Below, piece by piece: positions 52,315 to 64,000 of a stretch of 64,000 nt of DNA; position 1 is the first letter of the stretch, and each line of letters starts with the position of its first letter. The notes below the pieces were generated by a model. That model was not told the origin of the DNA. It did not search any database and saw only the letters and a program-made list of their open reading frames with translations. Source of the DNA: the human T2T-CHM13v2.0 reference genome, Homo sapiens; NCBI RefSeq assembly GCF_009914755.1, contig NC_060925.1; one strand, 5' to 3'. The translations under genes and the position numbers were made by a program.

Positions 52315-53830
52315 TTTTTAAAATAGTCGTATATAGAGAGAGACAGTTCGCAAATCATAAAAGTCATTCATTTAAAGTGTACAATTCAGTGGTTTTTAGT
52401 GTACTTATAGAATTGTGTAATTTTTTACTACAGTATAATTTTACATTTTTGCTACATGCAAAAGAAACTACATACCCATTAGCAGTCATTCTCCAATCCC
52501 TTCCACTTCCCATCCCACTTCCAACTCCCAGTCCTGGGCAACCACTAATCTACTTTCTATCTGTACAGATTTTTCTATTCTTGACATTTCATATGCATGG
52601 AATTACACAATATATGGTCTCTAGAGACTAGCTTCTTTCATTTAGCATAATATTTTTATGGTTCATCTAATGTTGTGGATCTATCAGTACTGCATTCCTT
52701 TTTAATGTCAAATAATATTCCATTGTATAGATAGAGATGGTTTATTTATTTCATCAATTGATGGTTTATTTATTTCCTCAATTGATTCACATTTAAATTG
52801 TTCCCTCCTTTTGCCTATTTTAAATAAGATTGCTATGAACATTCACCTGCAAGATTTTTGCATGGACGTATGTTTTGATTTCTCTTCATTTCATCCTTGG
52901 AGGAGAATTGCTAAGTCACATGTTAATTCTGTTCAAACTTTCTGTAAAACTGCCAAATTGTTTTCCAAAGCATCTGCACCATTTCATGTTCCCACCAGCA
53001 ATGTATGAGGACTCCAATTTCTTCATATCTTTGACAACACTTGTCATTGTCTGTCTTTGGTTTTAACATTTCTATTGAGTGTTAAGGGATATTTTACTGT
53101 AATTTTGATTTGCATTTTGGCTCGAATGGTTTTTCATGTGCTTATTGGCCATTTGTATGTCTTCTTTGAAGGAATATCTATTCATATCCTTTACCATTTT
53201 TAAATTGTGATACTTATCTTTTTGTTGAGCCGCAAGGATACTTTATATTAATATATTCTGCATGCAACACCCTTATCAGATATGTGATTGGAGATATTCT
53301 TCTATTTTCTGGGTTGTCTTTTCATTTTCTGATGATATCATCTGAAGCATGAATCTTTATTTTGATCAAATCCATTTAATTTTTAGTTTTGCTTCTTTCA
53401 CTTTTGTTGTCCTATCTAAGAGGACTGCCCAACCAAAGTCATGGAGATTTCCTCGATTTTTGTTGTTTTTATTTTTGTTTTTCTTTTTTGAGATGGTGTC
53501 TCAGTCTGTCGTCCAGGCTGGAGTGCAGTGCCATCACGGGTCACTGCAGCCATGATTGCCCGGGGTCAGGTGACTGGATCCTTCTATCTCAGCCTCCTGA
53601 GTAGCTGGGACCACAGGTGTGTGCAACCCTGCCTGACTAATATTTTTATCATTTGTAGAGATGGGGCAGGCTTGTTATGTTGCCCAGACTGGTCTCAAAC
53701 TCCTGGGTTTAAGTGATCCCCTGCCTTGCCCTCCCAAAGTGTCGGGATTACAGGCATGAGCTACTTACTGTGCCCAGCCAGATATTTATAATTTTAATTC
53801 TTACATTTGGTTCTGTGATCCATTTAAACA
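52315..53830 (-). mobile_element. L1MB-type 3' end / ORF2
   Basis: TTTAAAGTGTACAATTCAGTGGTTTTTAG...GGCAACCACTAATCTACTTTC...TTCCCACCAGCAATGTATGAG. Confidence 0.9.
53455..53779 (-). mobile_element. AluJ
   Basis: TCACTGCAGCC...GTAGCTGGGACCACAGG...TATGTTGCCCAG.CTGGTCTCAAACTCCTGGG. Confidence 0.9.
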
Positions 53831-53834
53831 TTGT

Positions 53835-55320
53835 TATTTAATTTTTTAATACATAATGTACACATTTTAGGGATACTCATGATAATTTGATACAATCATA
53901 TAGTCAAATCAATGTAATTGGGATATCTATCACCTTAAATATTCTTTTCTTTATGATAGAAATATTTGAATTATTCTAGCTATTTTGAAATGTACAACCG
54001 ATTAATGTTAATTATAGTCACCTTACTGATTTGTCAAACACCAGTTATTCTAAGTGTGTTCTTATACCCATTAACCAACCTGTCTTCATCCCCGCTTCCC
54101 CCTAATCTTCTGAACCTGATAACTACCAGTCTTCTCTCTATCTTCATGAGATCCACCTTTTTAGCTCCCCATATGAGTGAGAACATATGCTATTTGTCTT
54201 TCTGTGCCTGTCTTATTTCACTTAACATAATTACCTCCAAGTCCACCCATGTTGCTGCAAATAATAGGATTTTTTTATGGCTGAATAACATTCCATTGTA
54301 TATATGTATCACATTTTCTTTATCCATTCATCTGCTAATGGACGCTTAGGTTGATTCCATATTTTGGCTACTGGAAAAAGTGCTGCAGTAAACATGGGAA
54401 TACAGATATCTTTTCAATATATTGACTTCCTTTCTTCTGGATATAAACTCAGTAGTGGAACTGCTAGATCATATATAGTTCTATTTTTGGTTTTCTGAGG
54501 AAATGCCATACCATTATTCATAGTGGCTGTACTAATTTACATTCCCACCAACATTGTATGAGACTTCCCCTTTCTCCACATCCTCGCCAGCATGTGTTAT
54601 TTCCTGTATTTTTATATAAGCCATTCTAACTGGGGTGAGAATGTAGTTTTATTTGCATTTCTCTGAATAATGGTGTTGAGAATTTTTTATGTACCTGTTG
54701 GCATTTGTATGTATTCTTTTGAAAAATGTCTATTCAGATTTTTTGCACATTTTTTAAATTATTTGTTTTTTGCTATTTAGTTGTTTGAGCTCTTTATGTA
54801 TTCTGATTATTAATCCCTTGTCTGACGGATAGTTTACAAATACTTACTTCTCCCATTCTGTGGATTGTTTTTTCTCCCAGTTTGTTGATTGTTTCCTTTT
54901 GCTATGCTGAAGGTTTTTAGCTGGATATAATCCCATTTGTCTATTTTTGTTTTTGTTCCCTGTGCTTTTTGAGGTCAAACACAAAAAATCTTTGCTGAGA
55001 CCAATGTCCTGCAGCAGTTCACAAATGTTTTATTCTAGTAACTTCATGGTTTCAGATGTAAGATTTGTCTTCAATCTACATTGATCTGATTTTGTGTAGG
55101 GTCAAAGAGCAGGATCTAGTTTCATTCTTCTGCCCCTGCTTATTTATTAAAGAGACTGTCCTTTCCCCCACTGTATGTTCTTGGAGACTTTGTCAAAAGC
55201 GAGTAGACTATAAATGTGTGGATTTATATCTGGGTCCTTCATTCTGTTCCATTGGTCTATATGTCTGTTTTTATGCCACTACCATGCTAATTAGGTTACT
55301 ATAGCATTGTAGTATATTTT
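53835..55320 (-). mobile_element. L1MA4/5-type 3' end / ORF2
   Basis: GTAATTGGGATATCTATCACCTTAAA...TAGCTCCCCATATGAGTGAGAACAT...GGCTGTACTAATTTACATTCCCACCAAC. Confidence 0.9.
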
Positions 55321-55321
55321 A

Positions 55322-55500
55322 CCTTATTTATTTTATTTTTAACTTTTATTTTTTGGTTTGGGGGTACATGTGAAGGTTTGTTGCATTGGTGAACTCATGT
55401 CATGGGGGTTTGTTGTACAGATTATTTCATCACCCAGGTATTAAACCCAGTACCCAATAGTTATATTTTCTGCTCCTCTCCTTCCTCCCACCCTCTCCCT
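55322..55500 (-). mobile_element. Old L1PA 3' end fragment
   Basis: GGGGGTACATGTGAAGGTTTGTT...TGTACAGATTATTTCATCACCCAGGTATTAA. Confidence 0.85.
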
Positions 55501-57650
55501 TGCATATCGACTTCAGATTTATACTACCTTAATTCTAATCTGATAGGGAAACTTTACTTGTATAGCTATATTCTTTCATTTTCATACTTGGTGTATCTAT
55601 ATATGTTAGAAACCCAGCCATACATTTTTGCGATTAATATATGCATTTTTTTTCTTTTAAAGAAGGCGAGAGAAGGAAGGTGATATGGTTTGGCTCTGTG
55701 TCCCCACCCAAATCTCATGAAATTTTAATTCACAGTGTTGGAGGAGGGACCTGGTAGAAGGTGACTGGATTGTAGGGATGGATTTTCCCCATGCTGTTCT
55801 CATGATAGTGAGTTCTCATGAGATTTGATGGCTTAAAGTGTGTGGTACCTCCTCTCCCTCTCTCTCTCCCCTGCTCAGCCATGGTAAGATGTGCTTACTT
55901 CCCCATTGCCTTCTGCCATGATTGCAAGTTTCCTAAGGCCTCCCAGCCATGCTTCCTATTAAGCCTGCAGAACTGTGAGTCAATTAAACTTTTTTTCTTC
56001 ATAAGTTACTCAGTCTCAGGTAGTTGTTCATAGCAGTGTGAGAACAGACTAGTACAGAAAGCAAACAAGTTTGTATTTATGGTGTTAACTTTCATCTTTA
56101 CCACTTTTTGTTCTCTTCATTTCATACTTTGTATTTGATTTACCATTCACTGCATTTTTTCACTTCCATTTCTCACTTCCATACAGCTTTGTTCCCACCT
56201 GTCTCCTTTGTGCTATTTTTTTTTACCAATATATTACATTTCTATATGTCACAGGCCTAACAATGCAATTATATGCATATTGTTTTATACAATTACTCCT
56301 TAAATAAGAGAAGAAATGAAAAGAACTATTCAGTTATACTGTCATTCATAATTACCTACATAATTACCTTTTTCAGTGTTCTTGATTTTTATGTGTACAT
56401 GGGAATTACTTTCTGATGTCGCTTGTGTTTAAACAAAACGACTTCCTTTCTTATTTCTTACAATACAAGTTTGCAAGGAATGAAATCTCTGTTTTCATCT
56501 GGGTTGTTGTTTTTGGCTTTGTTTTTCAAAAATACTTTTACTGGATATAGGTTTTCTGGTGTTCGTACTCTTTTATTCAGAACTTTAAATATGTCTGTTT
56601 ACTGCCTACTGACTTCCACTGCTTCTGATGAAAATGAGCTCTTCATCTTATTGGAAATCCTTGTATCTGATGAATTGGTTTTCTCTTGCTGCTTTTAACA
56701 TTTTGCCTATAATTAATGCATCTTATGATAGATTCTTTCATGTTTATCATTCTTGGACTTCGTTGAGCTCCTTAAATGTGTAGATTAGTGTTTTTCATCA
56801 AATTTGGGAAGGTTTTATAACTGTTTTCTCAAATTTTTAAATTTTATTTCTTTTTTTTTCCTGATACTCCCCTTATGTGGGTATACTTGATGGTGTCCTG
56901 CATTTCTCGGAGACTCTCTTCATTATTCTCAATTCTGTTTCCTCTCTGTTCTGCAGACTTTATCATCTCTATGATCTATCTTCAAGTTCACTGACTTTTT
57001 TTGGCCATCTCATGTCTATTGTTGGGTTCTTTGTGCACTTTTTATTTTAATTATTGTACTTTCAGTTTCAGAATGCCCATTTGGTTCTTCTAAATAATTT
57101 TCATTTCTTTAGTTGAGTTATTGTCATCATCCTTTCTACTAATTATTTAAGCATAGTTCCCTTTAGGTCTTTGAAAATATTTACAAAAGTCATTTTGTAG
57201 TCTTCTCTTTTTGTGTATCCCCTGCAGGGCAGTTTCTATTGTCTGCTTTTTATTGCTATAGATGAGTCATACCTCCTTGGTTTTAGTTTTTTTCTTGATG
57301 TCTCATTTTGTTATTGTGGAAAACTGGAGATTTTAGATAATGTGTTGTAGGAACTCTAAATATTGGCCCTTTTCCCTCTGAAGCCATTGTTGTTGTTGTC
57401 TATTTATTTGCTTGTTTGTTTTTTAGTGACTCAGTTGGACTAATTTAGCGAAGTCTATTTCCTCTGCAGTTCGCAGCCTCTGATGTTGGTCCTTACAGTT
57501 TCCAAGCTTGGATATGCACAAAATGTTTCTGACCACCAGCAATATCTGTGGTTTTAGCTATGCTCTCTTTAACTTTCTCTTTAACCTGTTATTAACAAAA
57601 TCTGGTTGTTCTGCTACTATTGGTATCAACCTCAGCTATTAGCCTCCACT
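55501..57650 (-). mobile_element. Old L1M ORF1 / inter-ORF region
   Basis: T-rich; TTTTACTGGATATAG; TTTCTCTTGCTGCTTTTAA; TTTCATCAAATTTGGGAAG; TCTTCAAGTTCACTGA. Confidence 0.75.
55681..56056 (+). mobile_element. THE1D-type MaLR solo LTR
   Basis: TGATATGGTTTGGCTCTGTGTCCCCACCCAAATCTCAT...GCAGTGTGAGAACAGACTAGTACA; TSD GAAGG/GAAAG. Confidence 0.92.
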
Positions 57651-57871
57651 AATTGCTAAGTAATAACTGCAATGTTTTCAACATACCTCTCACCCCAATC
57701 CAGTCAGATCCAACTGAAGTTTGAAGTCTGACCCTGGCAGGGGCCCTTTTTCAGGCTTTCTCAGATGCTCCTGAGGGCAGAAAATTTGTACTGTGGAGAA
57801 GAGAATTATGAACTTGGTGGGAAACTCTTATCAATTACTCTAAATGGATCCTCCCTGTAGCAGGAACTACA

Positions 57872-57874
<3 letters not shown>

Positions 57875-57902
<28 letters not shown>

Positions 57903-57927
57903 CTGTGTGTGTATGTCTGTGTGTGTG
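57875..57927. repeat. (GT)n microsatellite, interrupted
   Basis: Read directly from the sequence. Confidence 0.95.
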
Positions 57928-58154
57928 TTTGTACTGAGGACAACCGGTGTTGCTACCATGCTGCATCAACCGCCTAAAGCCAGAGAAGATGGAATTTGCC
58001 AATGCTCATCATCTGCCAAATCTCACCAGAATAAGTCTTCTACTCTATGATAATGAAGGAGATGGGAGCCACTGCTCAGCTGCTGGGCTGATTTCACAAC
58101 ACAGAACCGTGCAGAAAAGGGAAATGTATCTCCTTACTACCTGGTATACTAGGA

Positions 58155-58410
58155 TTCTCTTTTCTCTTTTTTCTTTTCTTTTCTTTTCTTTTTTCTTTCT
58201 TTTCTCCCTCCCTTCCTCCCTTCCTCCCATCCTCCCTCCCTCCCTTCCTTCCTTCTTTCCTTCCTTCCTTCCTTTTCTTCTTCCTTTCCCCTTCCCTTCT
58301 CTTCCTTGTCCCTTCCTTTTCTTCCCCTTCCCTTTCCTCTCCCTCTTCCCCTTCCCTTTCCTCTTCCCCTTCCCCTTCCCTTTCCTCTTCCCCTTCCCTT
58401 CCCTTCATTC
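58155..58410. repeat. About 250-bp polypyrimidine tract (TTTTC/CCTT/CCCTT units)
   Basis: Almost no purines on the plus strand. Confidence 0.95.
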
Positions 58411-58744
58411 TTACTTCTTAATTTGTTTATGTCAGACCAGTTTAATAGCGTCCTCTTTGGAGAGGTTTCCCCAAGCAACATCATCTTTATGGAAGTCTTA
58501 TTTCCTGTTTCTTTTCTCCTAATGCCCTCCCGAATCCTTTCCCATTTCATAGTTTGTTGAAAGCCTATATTCCCAATAAACTCGTACCCTTTTTATGAAA
58601 TTCTAATTAAATCACTTATTTTTCATGAATCACCCATAATATATACTGAGCACTTATCATTGGTAAAAGACTCCTAGGTACTATGGAAGACATATAGTAA
58701 TTAGACATAGTTTTCATATTTAAAGTTATATATACATAATAGTT

Positions 58745-58975
58745 CTTAGGATTCAGAGCGTCTAGAACAAGATTAATTGGGGTTTGCCCATTTGTTCTGG
58801 TACTAAATAACTGTGTGATCTTCAGCAATTTGCTTAACCTTTTAGAGTTATTTTTTCTCATTTGCAAAATGGGAAGAGTAATAATAGTGCCTCATAAGGT
58901 TGTTGTATTAAGCAAAATAATTAATATAAAGAAACTATCGTATCCTAATTACATAGTAGTGATTGGCATTTATTA
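58745..58975 (+). mobile_element. MIR SINE
   Basis: CTGTGTGATCTT..GCAATTTGCTTAACCT...CTCATTTGCAAAATGGG...CCTCATAAGGTTGTTG. Confidence 0.85.
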
Positions 58976-59319
58976 AGACTTTATACTTTTTACTTGTTAA
59001 TAATAAAAGAGTAAGTAATAAGAGAAGAAAATTAAATCCTGTTCATATTCAAAAGTTAAAAAATTCATCTAGTTAAGAAATGATAGTTTATTATATCTTC
59101 ATTCTTTAAAGTCAAAATCTATGTTTAATTGCAACTTAGTAGGCACTAAATAAATGTTTGTTGAACTGAATTTAAATCAGTTGACATTATAGGGTTGATT
59201 TTATATTACGTAGTATATTTCACTATTTTTAAAAGTCTGTTTTAATCAACAGGGAAATTTTCAAATATATCATCTAAAAGGTGAACTCATTCATTTTGTT
59301 TTTAAAGAGAAAAAAATAA

Positions 59320-59520
59320 ACTAGTGTGAAATCATGCTGAGATAAGAATTTGATCTCCTGGGTTCATATTTCTATATTGCTGTTAACTATCTATGTGACC
59401 TTAGCAAATAATTTACTCATCTCTCTCTTTTTTAATTTCCTAATTTATTAGATGAAAGTCATTTCCAAGTTTGTGTGCATCAAATCCAACTGTAGAATTT
59501 GCTAAATTTATATGTGCCTG
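59320..59520 (+). mobile_element. MIR SINE
   Basis: CCTGGGTTC...CTATGTGACCTTAGCAA. Confidence 0.65.
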
Positions 59521-59937
59521 GATTCTGCCTTCAGATACATTAATTTTACTTCGGCAAGTCAGAGATGGTTTGATTTCCATATATATATCTCTGAGGCATA
59601 TTTGGAAATGCCTTGAAAAGTTGGATTCCATACAAATGAAGAAAATTTGTATTGACTATATTTTCATCTCTTTTTCATCTTATTGACTCAATCATAATTC
59701 TTCAGTGTTTTTATTTGTGTCAAGGGTCTCTCTAAAGAGGCTTTTCCTCCAATTGCCATTCAAATAACAGAACAACAACATAGGCATCAATAGGGATACA
59801 AATTATATCTTTATAATTGTGATGGAGAACTTGGCTTGGTTTCGTCTTCCATATATTCAACCGCTACTCCAGAGTTTTGGGCCAAACTTTGTGCTGATGG
59901 GACCTGCAAGGCAGACATGAAAGTCCAGACAATTGCA

Positions 59938-59963
59938 AGTGACGTCACTGCTTTGCAGCTGTC
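59938..59963. promoter_or_regulatory. Perfect CRE (TGACGTCA) next to E-box/TALE composite CAGCTGTCA
   Basis: AGTGACGTCACT 12-bp palindrome at 59938-59949, then GCAGCTGTCA. Confidence 0.35.
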
Positions 59964-60279
59964 AAACACAGAAATCTTGATGAAACAATTATCTAGAGAA
60001 AGAAGACACAGGTGGTTGCAGCTTCTATGATATTAACTCCACTCATTTAAGAACCCAGACAAATGGGTGTCAGCCTCTCACTCCCCAGTCAGAAAATCAA
60101 TTATCTGCTATTTGGGAGGAGTGGGTACAGTATTGAGAAGAAGCCTGGGCATGGTATGAAAGTGGAAATTCATCTTTGGAAACACCAACCAGGAAACAAT
60201 ATTCTCCTTAAAATTGTCCTATGAGAACAGGAAGAAAAATCATACATATGACAAGTTACATTAGTGTATCTTAGGAATT

Positions 60280-60586
60280 TCATTTATTTATTTATTTATT
60301 TAATATTTTTGAGACAGAGTCTTGCTGTGTTGCCCAGGCTGGAGTGCAGAGGTGTAACCTCGGCTCACTGCAACCTCCGCCTCCCAGGCTCAAGCAATTC
60401 TCGTGCCTTCACCTCCCGAGTAGCTGAGATAACCAGCGTGCTTGCCACGCCCTCCTAATTTTTTGTAATTTTAGTAAAGATGGGATTTCACCATATTGGG
60501 CACTCTGGTCTCGAATTCTTGGCCTCAAGTGATCCGCCCACCTCAGCCTCCCTGGAATTACAGGTCTGAGCAACTGTACCTGGCCC
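60280..60586 (-). mobile_element. AluS (Sz-like), diverged
   Basis: (TTTA)n tail; GAGACAGAGTCTTGC...GGCCTCAAGTGATCCGCCC. Confidence 0.9.
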
Positions 60587-60627
60587 AAAATTTCTATTTA
60601 AAAATTACAGAAGATATATGTGAGAGA

Positions 60628-60740
60628 ATATATATGTGTGTATATATATACGCACATATATACACATATATACATATATATGTGTATATATATACACATA
60701 TATGTGTGTATATATATATACACATGCATACACACACATA
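60628..60740. repeat. TA/TG/CA alternating microsatellite
   Basis: Read directly; contains a perfect 28-bp palindrome at 60676-60703. Confidence 0.9.
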
Positions 60741-62259
60741 ATCATTATTTGTGTACAGTTCTGTGAAACAATACTCTAGTGTAAACGCCACCACAATCCT
60801 AATATAGAATAGGTTCATTGTTCCTCAAAATTCCTGAATGCCTCTTTGAGTCATCCCCCTCCCCTCTCTCCCAGTCTCTGGAAACCACTGATATGTTTTT
60901 TTTCTTCCCAATGGTTTTACCTCACCTTTTCAAGACTGTCATATCAATGAAATTATGCAGTATGTAGCCTTTTGAGTCTTGATTTCTTTACTTAACACAT
61001 TGTGAATCATCCCTATTGTGTGTGTCAATATTTCATTCTTTTTTATTGTTAAGTAGTATTTCATTGTATATATTATATGTATAGTGGATACATAAAGGAT
61101 ATATGTATACACATACATTTTTCATTTTATCTATATGTGTATATATAAGGATATGTAGTATTTCATTTTATATATATAGGAATACTATTTATGCTTATAT
61201 ACATTCATGTATAAATTATATATGATTATAAATATGTTAAATAAATATATAAATATATAAACTATATTTTATACATAAAATTGATCCATTCCCCAGTTGA
61301 GGAATATTTAAGTTGCTTCTAATTTTTGAAGTTTATGGATAAAATTACTATCAGTATCTGCATATGGGTATTTGTGTTCATATGTTTTGGTTTACTTGAG
61401 TAAACACCCAGGAGTAGGGATGCTTGGATGTATGATATATATGTGCTTACTTTAAAAGAAACTGCCAAATTGCATCACCATCAACAATGCATGAAAGTTA
61501 TGGTTACTTCAAATCTTCACCAGCACTTGGTATTATCAGTTTTATTTTCTTCTGTTTTAGCATTATAATAAGAATGTAATGTTATCTTATTGTGGTTTTA
61601 ATTTTCATTCTTTAATGACTAATGAGGTTGACCATCTTCTCGTATGCTTACTTTGATTTATATATCTTATAAAATAAAGAGTCATTTCAAATCTTTTGCA
61701 CATTTAAAAAATTAGGTTGTTTATTTATTGTTATGTTTTGAGAGTATTTTGGGTAAAAGTCCTTTATTAGCTATGTGCTTTAAAAATTTTTCCCTCTCTT
61801 CTCTGGTTTGTCCATTGAGTCTCTTAATAGTGCCTTTCAAAAAGCATCAGTTTTTAATTTTAATAAAGTCTAATTTATCAACATTTTCACTTATGGATCA
61901 TGCTTTTGGTGTAACATCCAAGTTATACGTGCCTTACCCAAGCTGATAAAGATTTTCTCCTATGTGTTCATTCAGAAATTTTATAGGTTTACATTTTACA
62001 TTGAGATTTATTCATTTTATATTAATTTTTGTATAAGTCATGAGGTATGCATGAAAGTTCTTTCTCCTCTTCCTCCCTTCTTCCCCACCCTCTCCTCCAG
62101 TTTTACTCTTTTTCTTTCTTCTTTTGCATAGAGTCTTTCAATTGATACACCATTTGTTTTAAAGCCTATCCTTTCTCCATTGGATTTCCTTTGCACCTTT
62201 TTGAAAATCAATAGACTATAGTTGTATGGGTCTATTTCTATACTCTTTGTGCTATTTCA

Positions 62260-63205
62260 TTGATATATATATCATTGATGTATACATATACATATATCAA
62301 TATACATATTGATATATACATATATATCATTGATATATATTAGTATATATGTAAGTATATATAGTTATATATGTGTATATATATACTTACATATATGTGT
62401 ATATATGTAAGTATGTATATACTTATATATATACTTATATATATGTGTATATATGTAAGTATATATATACGTATATATGTGTATATATGTAAGTATATAT
62501 ATACACTTATATATGTTTATATATGTAAGTATATATATACACTTATATATATGTGTATATATGTAAGTATATATATACACATATATATAAGTGTATATAT
62601 GTAAGTATATATATACACTTATATATATGTGTATATATGTAAGTATATATATACACATATATATGTGTATATATGTAAGTATATATATACACTTATATAT
62701 ATGTGTATATATGTAAGTATATATATACACTTATATATATGTGTATATATGTAAGTATATATATACACTTATATATAAGTGTATATATGTAAGTATATAT
62801 ATACACTTATATATAAGTGTATATATGTAAGTATATATATACACTTATATATAAGTGTATATATGTAAGTATATATATACACTTATATATAAGTGTATAT
62901 ATGTAAGTATATATATACACTTATATATATGTGTGTATATGTAAGTATATATATACACTTATATATATGTGTGTATATGTAAGTATATATATACACTTAT
63001 ATATGTGTATATATGTAAGTATATATATACACTTATATATATGTGTATATATGTAAGTATATATATACACTTATATATATGTGTATATATGTAAGTATAC
63101 ATATACACTTATATATATGTGTATATATGTAAGTATACATATACACATATATATGTGTATATATGGAAGTATATATATACACTTATATATGTGTATATAT
63201 ATACT
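62260..63205. repeat. TA-rich minisatellite, about 22 units, mostly 38 bp (GTAAGTATATATATACACTTATATATATGTGTATATAT)
   Basis: GTAAGT anchors recur every 36-38 bp from 62489 to 63165, with longer or irregular units from 62351. Confidence 0.97.
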
Positions 63206-64000
63206 AATTCTTTTGACAATACTGCACTGTTTAGTTACTGTAACTTTATAGTAAGTCTTGAAATCAGTGTTGTGAGTTTTCTGACATTTTCTTTTTCAAA
63301 AATTGTTTGGACTATTCTAATTTATCTGTCTTTCCCTAAAAATTTTAGAAAGAGTTGTTTATTTCTACCAAAAACCTTGCTGAGATTTTGATTGAGATAG
63401 CATTAGATCTATAAATCAATTTTGGAAGAATTGATAGCTTAGTAATATTGGGTCTTTCAATCCACAAACATAATATGTTTATTTATTTTCTATGATTTCT
63501 TTCACGACTGTTTCATAGTTTTCAACATATTTATATTGCACATACTTTGGTATATTTATACGTAGTATTTCTTGTTTATTGGTGCTAATGAAATTGTATT
63601 TTTTTAGATTTTGATTTCTAATTGTATATAGCTAGAACATAGAAATTTAATTATTTTTTGTCTATCAACTTTGTGTTCTGTGATTTTTATAAGCTCACTT
63701 ATTATTACAAGGAGTTTTTTAAAATAAACATATCTCTGTAAATAGATAGTTTTATTTTCTTTTCAAGCTGTTTGGCTTTTATTTATTTATTCCTGTCTTA
63801 AAGCACAGGCTAGGATCTATGTACAATGTTGAATAGTAGTGCTAAAACAGATACCTTTGCTTTGTTTCTGATCTTAGGAAGGAAGTGTTTGTCTTTTATC
63901 ATTAAATATGATGTTAGAAATGTCTTTGCTTGGTAAAACAAGGTAATGCTTGCCTTATAAGACAAGCTGAGAAATATTTTCTCTAATAACTGACATTTAT

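Larger units (their letters stand above)
60590..64000 (-). mobile_element. Old L1 (L1MB8/L1MC-like) 3'UTR and ORF2, running off the window end
   Basis: GGAAACCACTGAT; TCTTCACCAGCACTTGGTATT; ATGGATCATGCTTTTGGTGT; ACAATGTTGAATAG. Confidence 0.85.

Noticed and set aside
57947-58560. 191-aa and overlapping F/P- or G/R/E-rich ORFs
   Set aside because: Stop-free only because of the polypyrimidine tract
62351-63205. Regularly spaced ~38-bp repeats superficially like a CRISPR array
   Set aside because: No unique spacers, no cas genes, mammalian context
62365-63391. Y/I/T/H-rich ORFs
   Set aside because: Translations of the TA minisatellite and flanking L1

Overview
Primate (most likely human) genomic DNA: AT-rich, CpG-depleted and dominated by interspersed repeats. 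These include Alu (J/S/Y), many MIR and L2 fragments, old L1M blocks at about 26-31.8, 36.8-38.2 and 52-64 kb, CR1/L3, solo ERV1 and MaLR LTRs, and MER2/MER5/MER20/MER58/MER102/MADE2 DNA elements. I recognise no known protein-coding gene, RNA gene or CpG island. Nearly all ORFs in the track come from repeats or low-complexity sequence. The best non-repeat signal is a cluster of minus-strand splice sites at 2.5-3.6 kb: a perfect donor, a NAGNAG acceptor before a Kozak ATG and 56-aa ORF, and a 22-nt microexon with UGC/polypyrimidine context. This could be the 5' end of a transcript I cannot identify. Other notable items are an AmnSINE1-like remnant, an octamer/YY1-bearing LTR9-like solo LTR, a 106-bp collapsed LTR whose full-length relative is in the same window, template-switch hairpins inside LTRs, and a ~0.9-kb palindromic 38-bp TA-rich minisatellite. 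Repeat subfamily names come from my recall of consensus sequences and most boundaries are approximate. I see no convincing evidence of a wholly new biological system.
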